DNA of 64,000 nt from Candidatus Latescibacterota bacterium (GCA_965248265.1 CBDFJF010000001.1:1024001-1088000); one strand, 5' to 3'; shown: positions 28,955 to 39,762, counted from the stretch's first letter. Numbers and translations are program-made. Notes: generated by a model from the sequence alone, not told the origin.

Positions 28955-29992
28955 TCATGAGAAACTCATTTCCACAGGCTCTTTCCTCTCGGCCGAATCA
29001 TAGGCGCTGAAGACCATCCCCAAAGTTTTAAGGTTGTCACGCCCGGAGGTTGGATGCTCGTCTCCGCCTTCGATCCAATCGACGAACTGAATTATAGTCT
29101 TCTGCCAGGCGATCTCGCTGAACTTTTCCCTAGGAGGCATCTCGGGCGTGATCCACGATTTTAGATCATCGCTGTAGGCCTTTACCGGAGTCGCATCGTC
29201 GGGGTTTATGTAAATAGAGCCTCTTTCGCATTCGATATGGGTGCAGCTATCATACTGGGTTTTGCTGCCCTTACAATCAATGGAGTTAAAAACCTGAAAA
29301 GTACAGGTGGGAAAATCGACAATGGAGGTGCTCCAGGTATCGCCGGCCTCTCCTAGCTCACGGCGAAAAGGAGGGATTCCTGCAACGGTGTAAATCCTTT
29401 CCGCCTCTTCTGCGAGGAAGAAGCGGAGCATATCGAAGTGGTGGACGGTCTGATTTAGAATCAGCACCTTGTCGAATTTAACGTAGTAATCGCTTCTCTT
29501 GGCCCCTTTTAAGGGGAACCAGGCCAGATGGGCCATCTTAAGCTCCCCTAAAAAAGGCCTCCCCAACTTACCGCTATTAATTAGATCGTAGGCGGCTCTT
29601 ACGTGGGGGTAATTCCGGTACTGCTGGGAGACGGCCAACTTCACCCCCGCTTTTTCGCATTCTTCAACCATTTGTACCGCCGCCTCGCGGGTGAGGGCCA
29701 TAGGCTTTTCGCTGAGTATATTAGTCTTGGTCTCGGCTCCTTTGAGGACGATATCGAGGCGGTCGTGGGTGGTGGAAGTACATATTACCGCCAGATCGAG
29801 GTCTTCTTTTTCAAAGAACTCCCGGTAGTCGGTATAGGTCCTCTCGAATCCGAACAGCTCCTTAAACTCCAAAGCGCCGGGCTCGTAGATATCGCAGCAG
29901 GCGGCTAGATGGAAAAAATCGCCATATGCCCGTATGTGCCCCTTAGCTATAGCTCCGCATCCGACCAATCCATATTTTAAGCGTCTCCCCAT
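28955..29992 (-). CDS. Gfo/Idh/MocA oxidoreductase
   Basis: GAGGAG RBS; YGLVGCGAIA, SEKPMA, HHFD; visibly lower GC than its neighbours. Confidence 0.92.
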   Translation of the reverse strand: MGRRLKYGLVGCGAIAKGHIRAYGDFFHLAACCDIYEPGALEFKELFGFERTYTDYREFFEKEDLDLAVICTSTTHDRLDIVLKGAETKTNILSEKPMALTREAAVQMVEECEKAGVKLAVSQQYRNYPHVRAAYDLINSGKLGRPFLGELKMAHLAWFPLKGAKRSDYYVKFDKVLILNQTVHHFDMLRFFLAEEAERIYTVAGIPPFRRELGEAGDTWSTSIVDFPTCTFQVFNSIDCKGSKTQYDSCTHIECERGSIYINPDDATPVKAYSDDLKSWITPEMPPREKFSEIAWQKTIIQFVDWIEGGDEHPTSGRDNLKTLGMVFSAYDSAERKEPVEMSFS

Positions 29993-30071
29993 TTCATCTC
30001 CTCTGAAGGATAAAAAACATATATATAGAACGTCCTTTTTCCTTAACCTTGGAGCGCGCGAGGCGGGCGAA

Positions 30072-30245
30072 TCAGGCTGCGGACGCTTCGTGCAGCGTTT
30101 CGAGCTCGGGCTGGGCAGAGGGTCGTGCTGGTGCGATCGGCGGCGGCCGCGCCGGCAGACCAACGCCTTCGAGAAAAAACCGGATTGAGGCCGGCTCCGT
30201 GAGCGGCGCCCGTGAGGGCAGTCCGATGCCTTCCAGGTAGCGCTC
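30072..30245 (-). mobile_element. IS91/ISCR-like transposase 3' remnant (two fused partial copies)
   Basis: Manual translation RYLEGIGLPSRAP-LTEPASIRFFLEGVGLPARPPPIAPAR...AA*. Confidence 0.7.
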
Positions 30246-30431
30246 GTAGAGTTATTCCCCGGGAACGTCCCGCCGCTGGTCAAAGAGGGCAAGCTCGATA
30301 CATCGTTGGTGAAGGCGCTGTCTGGCTAAGTGCGCCCCCTGAATCTTGCCGTATAATATGTAGCAGACCCCCTATTCACCACTATATTCTGCTAATTTTG
30401 TGAATTGCGTATCCTAGATGCTATTTGATCC

Positions 30432-30736
30432 TCGATTCGAACTTACCTTGAGGGCGTCGGCCTGCCCGCTCAGCCACCACCAATCGCACCGGCACGGCAT
30501 TCCGAGCAGTCCCAGTTCGAATACGCGGCTTGATTGGCCGCACGGCTTGATCAACAGGATCGATGCGCCCGCATCGTCCGCGCGGCTCTGCAGAACCGCC
30601 AGGAAACCAACCCTTCACCCTCGCTATGCCCGGCGAGCGCCGCCATCACGCACCCAGTCCTCACAAATGTCCCACTCGACACAAATCCCGAAAGCGACAT
30701 AAACTTATGATAGTGGGCCCTTATCGGTCCCATACG
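30432..30736 (+). mobile_element. IS91/ISCR-like transposase 3' remnant plus putative oriIS end
   Basis: SIRTYLEGVGLPAQPPPIAPARHSEQSQFEYAA*; downstream non-coding DNA similar to 34174-34327; ends GGGCCCTTATCGGTCCCATACG. Confidence 0.75.
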
Positions 30737-30841
30737 TTCAGTAAGCTGCCATCAACTGGGTCGGTCAGCATCCGCTTCCAGTTCAGCAACGCCAGCCTCT
30801 ACAGCTTCTCGACCACCTGAGACCACAGAAAGCACACAGAC

Positions 30842-33800
30842 ATGACATCCTCCATTCCGGTCGCCGAGGCCGTATCGGGAGACGCGCGCATCGCCGGGCT
30901 CGTTGCTGACGCCATCGTCAGACCGGCATTCGCCTGCAAGCTCCTGGACGGTTTTGTGAACGATACCTTCACCGAGTACGCGAACGCTTCGATCTACCGA
31001 CCCGCCTTGGTGCGGAAGGCGCAACTCGTGAGCGAGCTGCGCGAGGTCATCAGAGCCCGCGGTCCGTTCTACCTCGGCTTCACGATGTATGCGAGCGCCA
31101 AGTACGATGAAACGATCGAGATCTGGGTCGGGCACCGACAGGTTGCGCGCGCCTCGCTCGACGACCCCGACAATCGCCTTCACCTGTTTTTCGCACCCGA
31201 GAAGGTGGACTTCAAAGGAGGGGAGACGATCCGGCTCTTTACCAATCCGTCCAGAGGTGGGTGCCGGATCGAGAACGTGGTGCTGCTGCGGAAACGGCCG
31301 AGGGTCGCGCCGCAGAAGCTGGCGATACTCTCGCCACGGGTGGACGTGCGCGCTGACGGCGACAGGCCGTGCGTTTTCCTGACGTGGCGGACCAGCCGGC
31401 CCGCGAAGGGGCAGGTAATCGTGACGCCTGCCTCCGGGCGAGTCAGGACGACTCGCGTCACTGCGTTCCTGGCCAACCACGAGGTGATCCTGCCCGGACT
31501 CCCGGGGGGGCCGGCGACTTACGAGATCGAAATGCGCGATCGGACCGGCCACCTGACAACCCGGAAGAAGGGAAAGTTCCGGGTCGGGAAGCCGCGAAGT
31601 CGAAGTTCCGTCCGGGAAGGCAGGTTCGACCTGCCCACAGCAAGTGCCGCTCCGCACGGTTGGCCGGTTTCGGTCGGCGTCCCCTTCGCCGCCGGATCGG
31701 TCTCGGACCCGGCGGGCGTGCGCCTGCTCGATTCGGCGGAAGCGACCGTTCCCGTGCAGGTGTCGGTTCAGTCCCGGTGGGAGGACGGCTCGATCAAGTG
31801 GGCGCTGCTCGATTTCCAGTCGGACGGACGTTCGAGCTACGCCGTCGAGTTCGGCCGTTCGGTGCAGAACGAGTCGAGTGGCGGGGTGAGGGTGCGATCG
31901 GTGAAAGCTGCTATCGTGGTAGCAACCGGGGCAATGACGGTTCGCATCCCCAAGAGCGAGGTCGTGCTGCCCGGGCTAGTCGAGGTTGACGGTCCCACTC
32001 CTGGCTTCTCAGCATCCTACGGGGGAACCGTGCCGGCGATTTCTGTCGTCGACGCTGCGGGTCGGGTCTACCGGAGCGAGAAGCCGGACCGCGTCGTGAT
32101 CGAGGCCAGCGGTCCGGAGCGCGCGTGCATCCTGATCGAATGCCGCCACAAGGGGCGCGGCTCTAAAACGCTCATGCAGTCGATCATTCGCCTGCACTTC
32201 TTCAGGGACAGCCGGCGGGTTCGCGTCGTGCACACCTTCGTGAACGACGGGACTGCGGAGTTCGAGCAGATCCGCTCGCTGAGCCTGAACCTGCCCGTAG
32301 ACGCAGGCACGATCAAGCGGCGTGAAGTCTTTGGCACGGGTGCGACGGATGGGATGCTCGAGCTGGCGCAGCTGGAAGACGATCGCTTCACGGTTCGACG
32401 GCAGGGAAGGCAGGTGGGCAACGGACGGCGCGCCGACGGCTCCGCGTCGATCGCGGGCGAGAAGGCTACCGTAGCCCTGGCGATGCGCGACTTCTGGCAA
32501 AACTACCCGAAGGGTCTCGCCGTCGATGACACCGGGTTCCGGGTGGATATCTGTCCCAACCTCGAAGGGACAGCTTATGAACGGGGCGGAGAACTCGAAG
32601 ACCGGCTGTACTACTACCTGCTCGACGGGCAGTACAAGCTGAGCCAGGGCGTGTCGAGGACTCACGACTTCTGGGTCAGCTACGCGCCGGAGGCCGAGCC
32701 GCTGCATGCCGTGCAGAATCCGCCGCTCTACCGCGTGCCGCTGTCGGTCCTGAATGACAGCGGTGCCTGGACACGGCTGCCGACAAAGGATCCATCACCG
32801 TACCCGCCGTATGAGACATGGGTGGAGAAGGCACGGGAGGCCTATGCCGCAGATCGCGTCTCCTCGCGGGCCTATGGGATGCTCAACTTCGGCGATTGGT
32901 ACGGCGAGCGGCGGTACAACTGGGGAAACATGGAGTACGACACGCCCTGGTGTTTTCTGCAGGAGTTCCTGCGGGGTGGGGAGGTGGATTTCTTCAAATG
33001 GGCCGATGAGGCGGCCCGTCACCTGGTGGATGTCGACACGAACCACGCGAGCGGCGGGGCGACACCACTGGGTTCGCAGTACATCCACAGCGTCGGGCAC
33101 GTCGGCGGATACTACCCGGACGGATACCGCGAGCACGCGATGTTTACCGGCTGGACGACGGTTTCCCACACGTGGGTGGAAGGGCTGTTCCTGCACGCAC
33201 TGCTGACGGGAGACAGCCGCAGCCACGACAGCGCCCTGCGGGTGTCGCTGAACCTGGCGGGCGCGATGCTCAACGATTTCGACTTCAACAACTGCCGGGA
33301 TTCGGGCTGGCACCTGATCCACCTGTCCGGTGCCTACCGCGCGACGGGCCGGCGCGTCTTCCTCAACGCCGCCCGGATCATCGTCGACCGCGTGCTCGAA
33401 CGGCAGCGCGACTCGGGAGGGTGGGACCGGCTGATGGTACCCGGGCACTGTCACTGCGATCCGCCGCGGCACACCGGGAACGCCGGTTTCATGGTCGGCA
33501 TCCTGATGGTCGGTCTGAAGCGGTTCTACGATGCAACCGGCGAGAGGAGGGTACCGGATTCGATCGTGCGAGCAGCCGACTACTGCATCGATCGTATGTG
33601 GATACCGGAAACGTCGACGTTCCGCTACACCTGCTGCCCGGAATCCTCGATTTGGCAGGTCGCTGACATGGCCATGCTGAAGGGTGTGGCCGCCGCCTAC
33701 GAGTTCTCGGGCGAAGCGCGTTTCAGACGTGTGGTGGAGGCAGGGATCCAGACGACGATCGGGCGGCCGCCGACCGCGCACCGCGGCGTCGGCAAGAGCA

Positions 33801-33856
33801 TCTCCATGCCGATGCGGGGTGCTCCCCAGCTGATCGGGAGCTTGCCGAGTTCGTGA
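30842..33856 (+). CDS. PcRGLX/YetA-like exo-rhamnogalacturonan lyase-type protein with N-terminal extension
   Basis: PVSVGVPF, RWEDGSIKW, FWQNYPKGL, GMLNFGD, NMEYD, ARHLVDVD, TGD; alpha/alpha barrel C-terminus. Confidence 0.75.
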   Translation: MTSSIPVAEAVSGDARIAGLVADAIVRPAFACKLLDGFVNDTFTEYANASIYRPALVRKAQLVSELREVIRARGPFYLGFTMYASAKYDETIEIWVGHRQVARASLDDPDNRLHLFFAPEKVDFKGGETIRLFTNPSRGGCRIENVVLLRKRPRVAPQKLAILSPRVDVRADGDRPCVFLTWRTSRPAKGQVIVTPASGRVRTTRVTAFLANHEVILPGLPGGPATYEIEMRDRTGHLTTRKKGKFRVGKPRSRSSVREGRFDLPTASAAPHGWPVSVGVPFAAGSVSDPAGVRLLDSAEATVPVQVSVQSRWEDGSIKWALLDFQSDGRSSYAVEFGRSVQNESSGGVRVRSVKAAIVVATGAMTVRIPKSEVVLPGLVEVDGPTPGFSASYGGTVPAISVVDAAGRVYRSEKPDRVVIEASGPERACILIECRHKGRGSKTLMQSIIRLHFFRDSRRVRVVHTFVNDGTAEFEQIRSLSLNLPVDAGTIKRREVFGTGATDGMLELAQLEDDRFTVRRQGRQVGNGRRADGSASIAGEKATVALAMRDFWQNYPKGLAVDDTGFRVDICPNLEGTAYERGGELEDRLYYYLLDGQYKLSQGVSRTHDFWVSYAPEAEPLHAVQNPPLYRVPLSVLNDSGAWTRLPTKDPSPYPPYETWVEKAREAYAADRVSSRAYGMLNFGDWYGERRYNWGNMEYDTPWCFLQEFLRGGEVDFFKWADEAARHLVDVDTNHASGGATPLGSQYIHSVGHVGGYYPDGYREHAMFTGWTTVSHTWVEGLFLHALLTGDSRSHDSALRVSLNLAGAMLNDFDFNNCRDSGWHLIHLSGAYRATGRRVFLNAARIIVDRVLERQRDSGGWDRLMVPGHCHCDPPRHTGNAGFMVGILMVGLKRFYDATGERRVPDSIVRAADYCIDRMWIPETSTFRYTCCPESSIWQVADMAMLKGVAAAYEFSGEARFRRVVEAGIQTTIGRPPTAHRGVGKSISMPMRGAPQLIGSLPSS

Positions 33857-33977
33857 AGGTGTAGAGGAGGCACTCGTGAGACTTGTCGATTATTCGATTG
33901 TGGTGCGGTTTGCTGCCGTAGTCACCGTCCCCCTGGCGCTTGCCGGTGGCGCTGGCGTTACCACGGACGGTCCCGGA

Positions 33978-34327
33978 GCCCAATTGCTGGCGCGTGTTTT
34001 CGATTGACGTTACCGAGTGCCCTGACTGCGGTGGGCAAATGAGAATCATCGCTGCCCTGACGGACCGCGCTTCGATTCGAACCTACCTTGAGGGCATCGG
34101 CCTGCCCGCTCGGCCACCACCCATCGCACCGGCACGGCATTCCGAACAGTCCCAGTTCGAATACGCGGCTTGATTGGAAACCAACCCTCAGCCTTGAATT
34201 CACCCTCGCTATGCCGGCGAACGCCACCATCACGCACCCAGTCCTCACAAATGTCCCAAGTTCCACTCGACACGAATCCCAAAAGCAACATAAACTAATG
34301 ATAACGGGCCCCTTGTCGCTCTTGTCC
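33978..34327 (+). mobile_element. IS91/ISCR-like transposase 3' remnant plus degenerate oriIS end
   Basis: AQLLARVF / IDVTECPDCGGQMRIIAALTDRASIRTYLEGIGLPARPPPIAPAR, the characteristic IS91-family C-terminal CxxCGG region. Confidence 0.8.
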
Positions 34328-34422
34328 CTTGGGCGACCGGGGGAATTGCGCCGCTGCTTCCTTACTGCCACTCTACGCACGACGTCGAACCCAATGCCAG
34401 AACCCTCCTGCCAGGCTGCCCC

Positions 34423-35322
34423 ATGAGACTGACACCCACACAGATTTCGCAGTTCGAGGCCGAGGGCTACCTCCTCCTGCGAGGCGTGCTCACTGACTAC
34501 AATCTCAATCCCATCATCGCCGAGTACGAGCAGCACATCGACCGCCGAGCCGCGCAACTGCTGGCGGAGGGCAAAATCACCGATCTCCACGCCGGCGAGC
34601 CCTTCGACCGTCGTCTCGTCGCCATCTGTCGCGAGTGCAACGAGATCTACGACAATCTCGACATCATGCGTTTCCGCGGCCGCGCGTCCTTCGAGTTTCT
34701 GCGCAACGACAACCTGCTCGACATCGTCGAGGGCCTGGTGGGGCCCGAGATCACCTGCAGCTCCGTCCAGCACACCCGGGCGAAGCTGCCGGAAGGTCTG
34801 ACTCCCACTGGGGGAAATCGCCACGTCGCGCTCTGGCACCAGGACGCCGGGGCCTACGACGAAGAGGCGGACCCGCATTTCGTACTCACCGTCTGGCTGC
34901 CGCTGTCGCCGGCGCGACCGGAGAACGGCTGTCTGCAGATCATCCCGAGGGCGCACAAGGAGGGGTTGCAGAGCCACTGGCAAGAGAGCGGACAGGTGAC
35001 GATGAGGGTCGACAGCGAAACCTCCGCGAAGGCGGGACTCACCCTGCCCATGGACAAGGGCGACCTGCTCCTCATGCACAAGGCGATGCCGCACCGCTCG
35101 ACACTCAATCACAGCGACACGGTGCGCTGGAGCATGGACCTGCGCTACCAGGCCACGGGCACGCCTTCCGGCCGACCGGTCTACCCCGACTTCCCGGTGC
35201 GCAGCGCCACGAATCCCGAATCCGCGCTGACCGACTACGACGAGTGGTGCCGGATGTGGATCGCGGCGCTGGATGGGCTCTACGCGAGCAAACGCCGGGA
35301 ACCTCGCTGGGAGGTGAGGTGA
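34423..35322 (+). CDS. PhyH family dioxygenase
   Basis: FEAEGYL, WHQD, WLPL, ENGCLQIIP, H.S..N...RWS.DLRY. Confidence 0.93.
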   Translation: MRLTPTQISQFEAEGYLLLRGVLTDYNLNPIIAEYEQHIDRRAAQLLAEGKITDLHAGEPFDRRLVAICRECNEIYDNLDIMRFRGRASFEFLRNDNLLDIVEGLVGPEITCSSVQHTRAKLPEGLTPTGGNRHVALWHQDAGAYDEEADPHFVLTVWLPLSPARPENGCLQIIPRAHKEGLQSHWQESGQVTMRVDSETSAKAGLTLPMDKGDLLLMHKAMPHRSTLNHSDTVRWSMDLRYQATGTPSGRPVYPDFPVRSATNPESALTDYDEWCRMWIAALDGLYASKRREPRWEVR

Positions 35323-35429
35323 CGGATACGAACGATTCAGCAGAACCAACCGTCTCGTGCAGCCACGACAGCAACCGGGACAACCCCGGGGAGGCAGTTC
35401 CCGCTCCCGCAAGCCAGACTACCGGTAAT

Positions 35430-35451
35430 GGGCCCTTATCGCTCCTATACG
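35430..35451 (+). mobile_element. Isolated putative oriIS-like end
   Basis: GGGCCCTTATCGCTCCTATACG, 20/22 identical to 30715-30736. Confidence 0.6.
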
Positions 35452-35572
35452 TAGCTAATCTGCGACCTGCTTCCGGTCTATGAAGGCACCCCCGAACCAC
35501 TGAATTGGAACCGAACCCCAGGGGTGATGCTGAAATAATCTGAGGTGAGAAGCACTAATCGAGGAACAAGCA

Positions 35573-35832
35573 ATGAAATGGACATTGGTAGCAGCAGCGT
35601 TGTCTGGACCGAATTACGGCCTGTGCAGCGACCCCGGTGACGCCGAACAACTTACGGATGGCGTCTACACGGAGGGTTATTTCTGGGTACAGAAGTCGAC
35701 GGTGGGTTATGCGGAAAAGACGCCCTCCATGGTGACGATTGACCTGGGCGAGGTGAAACCGATACGGGGGGTGTCCTACCACACCGCTGGGGGTTTGCCG
35801 ACGTGCACTGGCCGCTGACAATTCGGATCCTA
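35573..35832 (+). pseudogene. Fragment of a discoidin/F5-8-like secreted protein
   Basis: PNY.LC.DPGD..QLTDG, VTIDLG; frameshift at about 35795 then truncation. Confidence 0.55.
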
Positions 35833-36290
35833 GATGGTGTCTGCGCAGCAACCGCAGCCGCAGAAGCCTTCGAAATTGTGGGTTGCATTGAAACCGTCGA
35901 GCCCCAGATCGATCCCCTTGCGGACCATGGCCTTGAGAGTTTGCAGCCACACCGGGTTGGAAATGCAGCCGCTGTAGACATAGTAAGGACGACCTTCGAG
36001 ATGCCTTCGATGCTGTTCTCCCGATGCATCCAACGCATTGGCCGCCGTCGCTGAATCGGCCGGCGACTCGCCGAGCAGGTCGGGAGTCCAGATCCTGTCC
36101 CAGCTGCCGAACAGACCCTTCCCCGTCTCATGATCAGCGTTGTGCCAACACATCGAAAACTGACCGACCACCCGGGCACCGGCGCACGTGATCGAGGACC
36201 AGGTCGGCCGTCGGCAGAGTCCAGTATTCGATTATTCGGTTGAACCAGAATCCCGTATGCATGCGGCAACGATAGCCACATTGACACAAT
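35830..36290 (-). pseudogene. Internal fragment of a glycoside hydrolase-like protein
   Basis: CISNP.W...LK..V...ID.GLDG...HN...C.C..C; frameshifted, both ends missing. Confidence 0.5.
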
Positions 36291-36315
36291 CGTTCCACGT
36301 CGCTCTTTTCAATGC

Positions 36316-36864
36316 GTGATTTACTTCGCCTACGGTTCCAACATGCTCGAACGTCGCCTCCAGGACATGTCTCGAGCCCCGTCCGCCACGTTTGAGGCAA
36401 TCGCAGTGTTACGAGGTCGCGAACTCCGCTTCAATAAACGTGGCTCTGATGGGTCTGGTAAATGCAATCTTGTAGAAGGCGGGGAACCGAACTGCGAAGT
36501 ATTTGGAGTATTGTTCGATATCGCTGAGAAAGACTTTGCTACTCTTGATGCAGCGGAGGACACTCATCGCGGCGGTTATACGCGATGCAGAGTCGTGGTT
36601 GAACGACTCGACTCAGCACAACAGGTAGAAGTGGAAACCTACATCGCGAATGACGACTTCGTGGATGAGAACCTCAAACCGTTTGATTGGTATCAGGCAT
36701 TGGTTGTCGCTGGCGCTATGCAACATAGACTGCCAAGCACCTACAGTGCCAAGCTGCGGGCGGTTAGGAGTCTCCCAGATTCCGATCCAGATCGTAGAGA
36801 CAGAGAACTGGACCTCCTCGGCAACTTCCGATTGGCGATTGCCCGCCGATCCACCACCGGTTAG
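36316..36864 (+). CDS. Gamma-glutamylcyclotransferase family protein
   Basis: YFAYGSNM, V.GVL, LD..E...GY. Confidence 0.88.
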   Translation: MIYFAYGSNMLERRLQDMSRAPSATFEAIAVLRGRELRFNKRGSDGSGKCNLVEGGEPNCEVFGVLFDIAEKDFATLDAAEDTHRGGYTRCRVVVERLDSAQQVEVETYIANDDFVDENLKPFDWYQALVVAGAMQHRLPSTYSAKLRAVRSLPDSDPDRRDRELDLLGNFRLAIARRSTTG

Positions 36865-36926
36865 CCTCCCGGCCGACGCAAGGGCGAACCGTTCGGGGTC
36901 CCTCCTAACCTGGATATGACACACAC

Positions 36927-37853
36927 ATGCTCACTCGCGATGACCTGAAGGGACCTTGGGCCGGATTGCCCGTCGCTTGGGATGAAAATTTCAATTTTGA
37001 CGAGGAGGCCTATCGCACCGACCTGGAACGGGCCTGCAAAGCTGGCGTGCCCGGCGTCTACACGGCCGGTACCACCGGCGAATTTTACGCCATGGAACTG
37101 GACGAGTGGAAACAGATCACGAGGGTCACGGTGGATGAATGCAAGAGACACGGCACGCCTGCCATGATCGGCGTAACCTCCACCTACACTCTGGGAGCCC
37201 AGCGCCGGGCCGCGTACGCCGCCGAAATCGGCGCCGATGCGGTGCAGGTCGCTCTGCCTTTCTGGATGGAGATGGCCGACCGGGATATCAGTGGGTTTTT
37301 CGAGGATGTCGTCAAAGCCTGTCCGGGACTGGCCTTGACCATCTACGAGACCATGCGGACCAAGAAGGCACTGACTCTCGAGCAGCACCGCGTCATCTTC
37401 GATGTCACAGGCTGCTACTACGCGGTGAAGTCGAATTCAAATACCATTGGCAGTTCGCCGGAGGGCTGCCGGCAGCTGAGTGGGTTTGTCAATGTCTGGG
37501 TAAGCGAAGAACTGTGGTCCAGTCTGGGGCCCTGCGGAGCCATCGGCTGTGCCAGTGCGCTGGTCTATGCCAATCCGCGCGTCATCCTGCACATGTTCGA
37601 ATTGTTGCAGCAGCAGCAATGGGAGCAGCTGAAGCCGTGGACGGATATGCTGGCGCGGCTCACCCAGGGCCTGCAGCCGTTTACGGAAAAAGGGTTCACC
37701 GACACGGCCTATGATCATATGCAGGGTTTGGCAACCGGTTTCCTCAGCATGAATCCGCGATCTCGCGGCACCTACCTGAGTGCCACGGATGAAGATGTAC
37801 AGCGACTGCGGGCCTGGATGGCCGAAAATATCCCGGAGTTCCTGGAGCTTTGA
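36927..37853 (+). CDS. DapA/N-acetylneuraminate lyase-family aldolase
   Basis: GTTGEFY, GADAV...P, IYE, AVK Schiff-base Lys. Confidence 0.9.
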   Translation: MLTRDDLKGPWAGLPVAWDENFNFDEEAYRTDLERACKAGVPGVYTAGTTGEFYAMELDEWKQITRVTVDECKRHGTPAMIGVTSTYTLGAQRRAAYAAEIGADAVQVALPFWMEMADRDISGFFEDVVKACPGLALTIYETMRTKKALTLEQHRVIFDVTGCYYAVKSNSNTIGSSPEGCRQLSGFVNVWVSEELWSSLGPCGAIGCASALVYANPRVILHMFELLQQQQWEQLKPWTDMLARLTQGLQPFTEKGFTDTAYDHMQGLATGFLSMNPRSRGTYLSATDEDVQRLRAWMAENIPEFLEL

Positions 37854-37938
37854 GTGCTGGGGAATCGCCGATCGTACTCCCTGACGTTACCCGGTTTGTT
37901 TGATGCCTCGCCCCAGTCCGGGACGATGAGGAGGTTTT

Positions 37939-38960
37939 ATGCAGTGGTTGTCTTTTCCCGATCCGAACTGTCAGGTCTGCGGATTTCCCTGGTTCTCAGA
38001 GACGGCGCCGATGCTGTGGCGATTCCCCGAACGCATGAAGGCGCGCCTGCAGGGAAGCAGGTGGCTTTATGAGGCCGGGCAGCAGACTGCCGGTGGCCGC
38101 CTGCGATTTCGTACCGATACGGGATCGCTCTCGCTGAAGGCCCGGTTTCCCGAATTTTCGATTCGCACCAACATGACGCAGTACACGGTGCACGGGATCT
38201 CCACCTATGTGGACGGCCGCTGCTGGTCGTCCCGAATTCCCGGCGCGGAAGGGGGCGAAGCAGAGCTGTCCCTGTTCGACGAGTGCCCGGGCAGATGCGG
38301 AACGTCTGCCTGTACCTACCCCTCTACGGGCCGTTGGAGGTACTCTCGATTGGTCTGGATGAGGACGCCGGGTTTGAACTGCCGGCACCATTTGCTTTTG
38401 AGAAACCGGTTCTGTTCTACGGTACGTCCATCACTCAGGGGGGAAACGCTTCCCGCCCCGGGCTGAGCTATCAGGCCATGCTCGCCCGCGATCTCAACCT
38501 GGACTATGCCAATTTCGGTTTTGCCGGGAAGGGACGTTGCGAGCGGGAGGTTGCCGAGGTACTGGCGGAGGTCGAGGCCGAATGTTATGTGCTGGACGTG
38601 GGGCAGAATACGTCGCCTGAGCAACTCCGGGACCGGTTCAAACCCTTTATGGATACCCTGCGCGATGCCCAGCCACAAACGCCGCTTCTGGCGACCACGC
38701 CGATTTTCAACAGTTCAGAGCTGTGGTCACAAGTGCACCAGCAAACGGTTGGGGAGAAGCGGGATATCATCCGTTGGGCAGTTCAGGACCGAAAGCAAGC
38801 TGGTGACCAAGGGGTCCATCTGCTCGAGGCCGCGGACTATCTGGGGGGTGATTTTACGGATGGCTCGGTTGACGGGGGGCACCCGAACGACCTCGGTTTT
38901 GCCCGCATGGCCGAGGCAATGAAGCCGAGGTGGCTGAGATTCTCGGACTCGGACCGATGA
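37939..38960 (+). pseudogene. SGNH/GDSL hydrolase with N-terminal domain, frameshifted at about 38281 (possibly a sequencing error)
   Basis: GGRLRFRTD in frame 1; LYLPLY, YGTSITQG, NFGFAG, DGGHPND in frame 2. Confidence 0.8.
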
Positions 38961-39011
38961 AAGACATAGAGGCAGCCGGCGCAACAACGTTATAGCAAGG
39001 AAACAACCAGC

Positions 39012-39599
39012 ATGAAACGGATTGTGTGCATTGGCGATTCAATTCACGGGGGGTACGAGTCGACGGTGATCGGTGAGCTCGCCGGTTGGGGCGAGGTCCT
39101 GGGTATAGGTGGCATTCAAGGGGGTCACACCCGCAACGTTCTCGAGCACCTGCGCGAATGGGCCATCGATCTCGATCCCGATATCGTGCACATGAACGCC
39201 GGCCTACACGACATGGCTCGGGATCCCGGGCCGGGTCCCGAGCACAGAGTGTCCCTGGAGGAGTACGGAGCAAACTTGAAGCAGATATTTTCGATTCTTC
39301 AAAACGAAACGAAAGCAAGAGTGCTTTTCGCGCTGACGACACCGGTGGACCTCGCCCGTCAACATGCTGTCGATTACGGATGCAGTCGAACTGAGGAGGA
39401 TGTAGTCACTTACAACGCTGTGGCTCGCGCCGCGGCGGCTGAGTGCGATGTCCCCGTCGTCGATCTGTACCAGGTGATCGTCGATCACGGCATCGCAGAG
39501 ATGTTGGGGGAGGACGGCGTTCATTTTACGAAAAACGGCTCGGCCGTCCTCGGTAAGGCGGTCGCCGAATTCATCAGGGCCCAAGGAGAGAGGGCGTGA
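39012..39599 (+). CDS. SGNH/GDSL hydrolase
   Basis: IGDSI, NAGLHD, DGVHF. Confidence 0.92.
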   Translation: MKRIVCIGDSIHGGYESTVIGELAGWGEVLGIGGIQGGHTRNVLEHLREWAIDLDPDIVHMNAGLHDMARDPGPGPEHRVSLEEYGANLKQIFSILQNETKARVLFALTTPVDLARQHAVDYGCSRTEEDVVTYNAVARAAAAECDVPVVDLYQVIVDHGIAEMLGEDGVHFTKNGSAVLGKAVAEFIRAQGERA

Positions 39600-39762
39600 G
39601 CGCCCACAATCGACAGACTTCGAGGTTGGACCATGGACAGCATACGCATGTGCACTAACATTCTCGTGCAAACGGCCGCCGGGGCCATTACTCATCGGGA
39701 AATTCCCGGGACTCGTTCTGCGATCGGGACTTCAGATCGGGACACCAGACAGACAGGTCTTC

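Noticed and set aside
38270-38300. Programmed ribosomal frameshift in the SGNH or sulfatase genes
   Set aside because: No slippery heptamer or stimulatory structure; better explained by 1-bp deletions.
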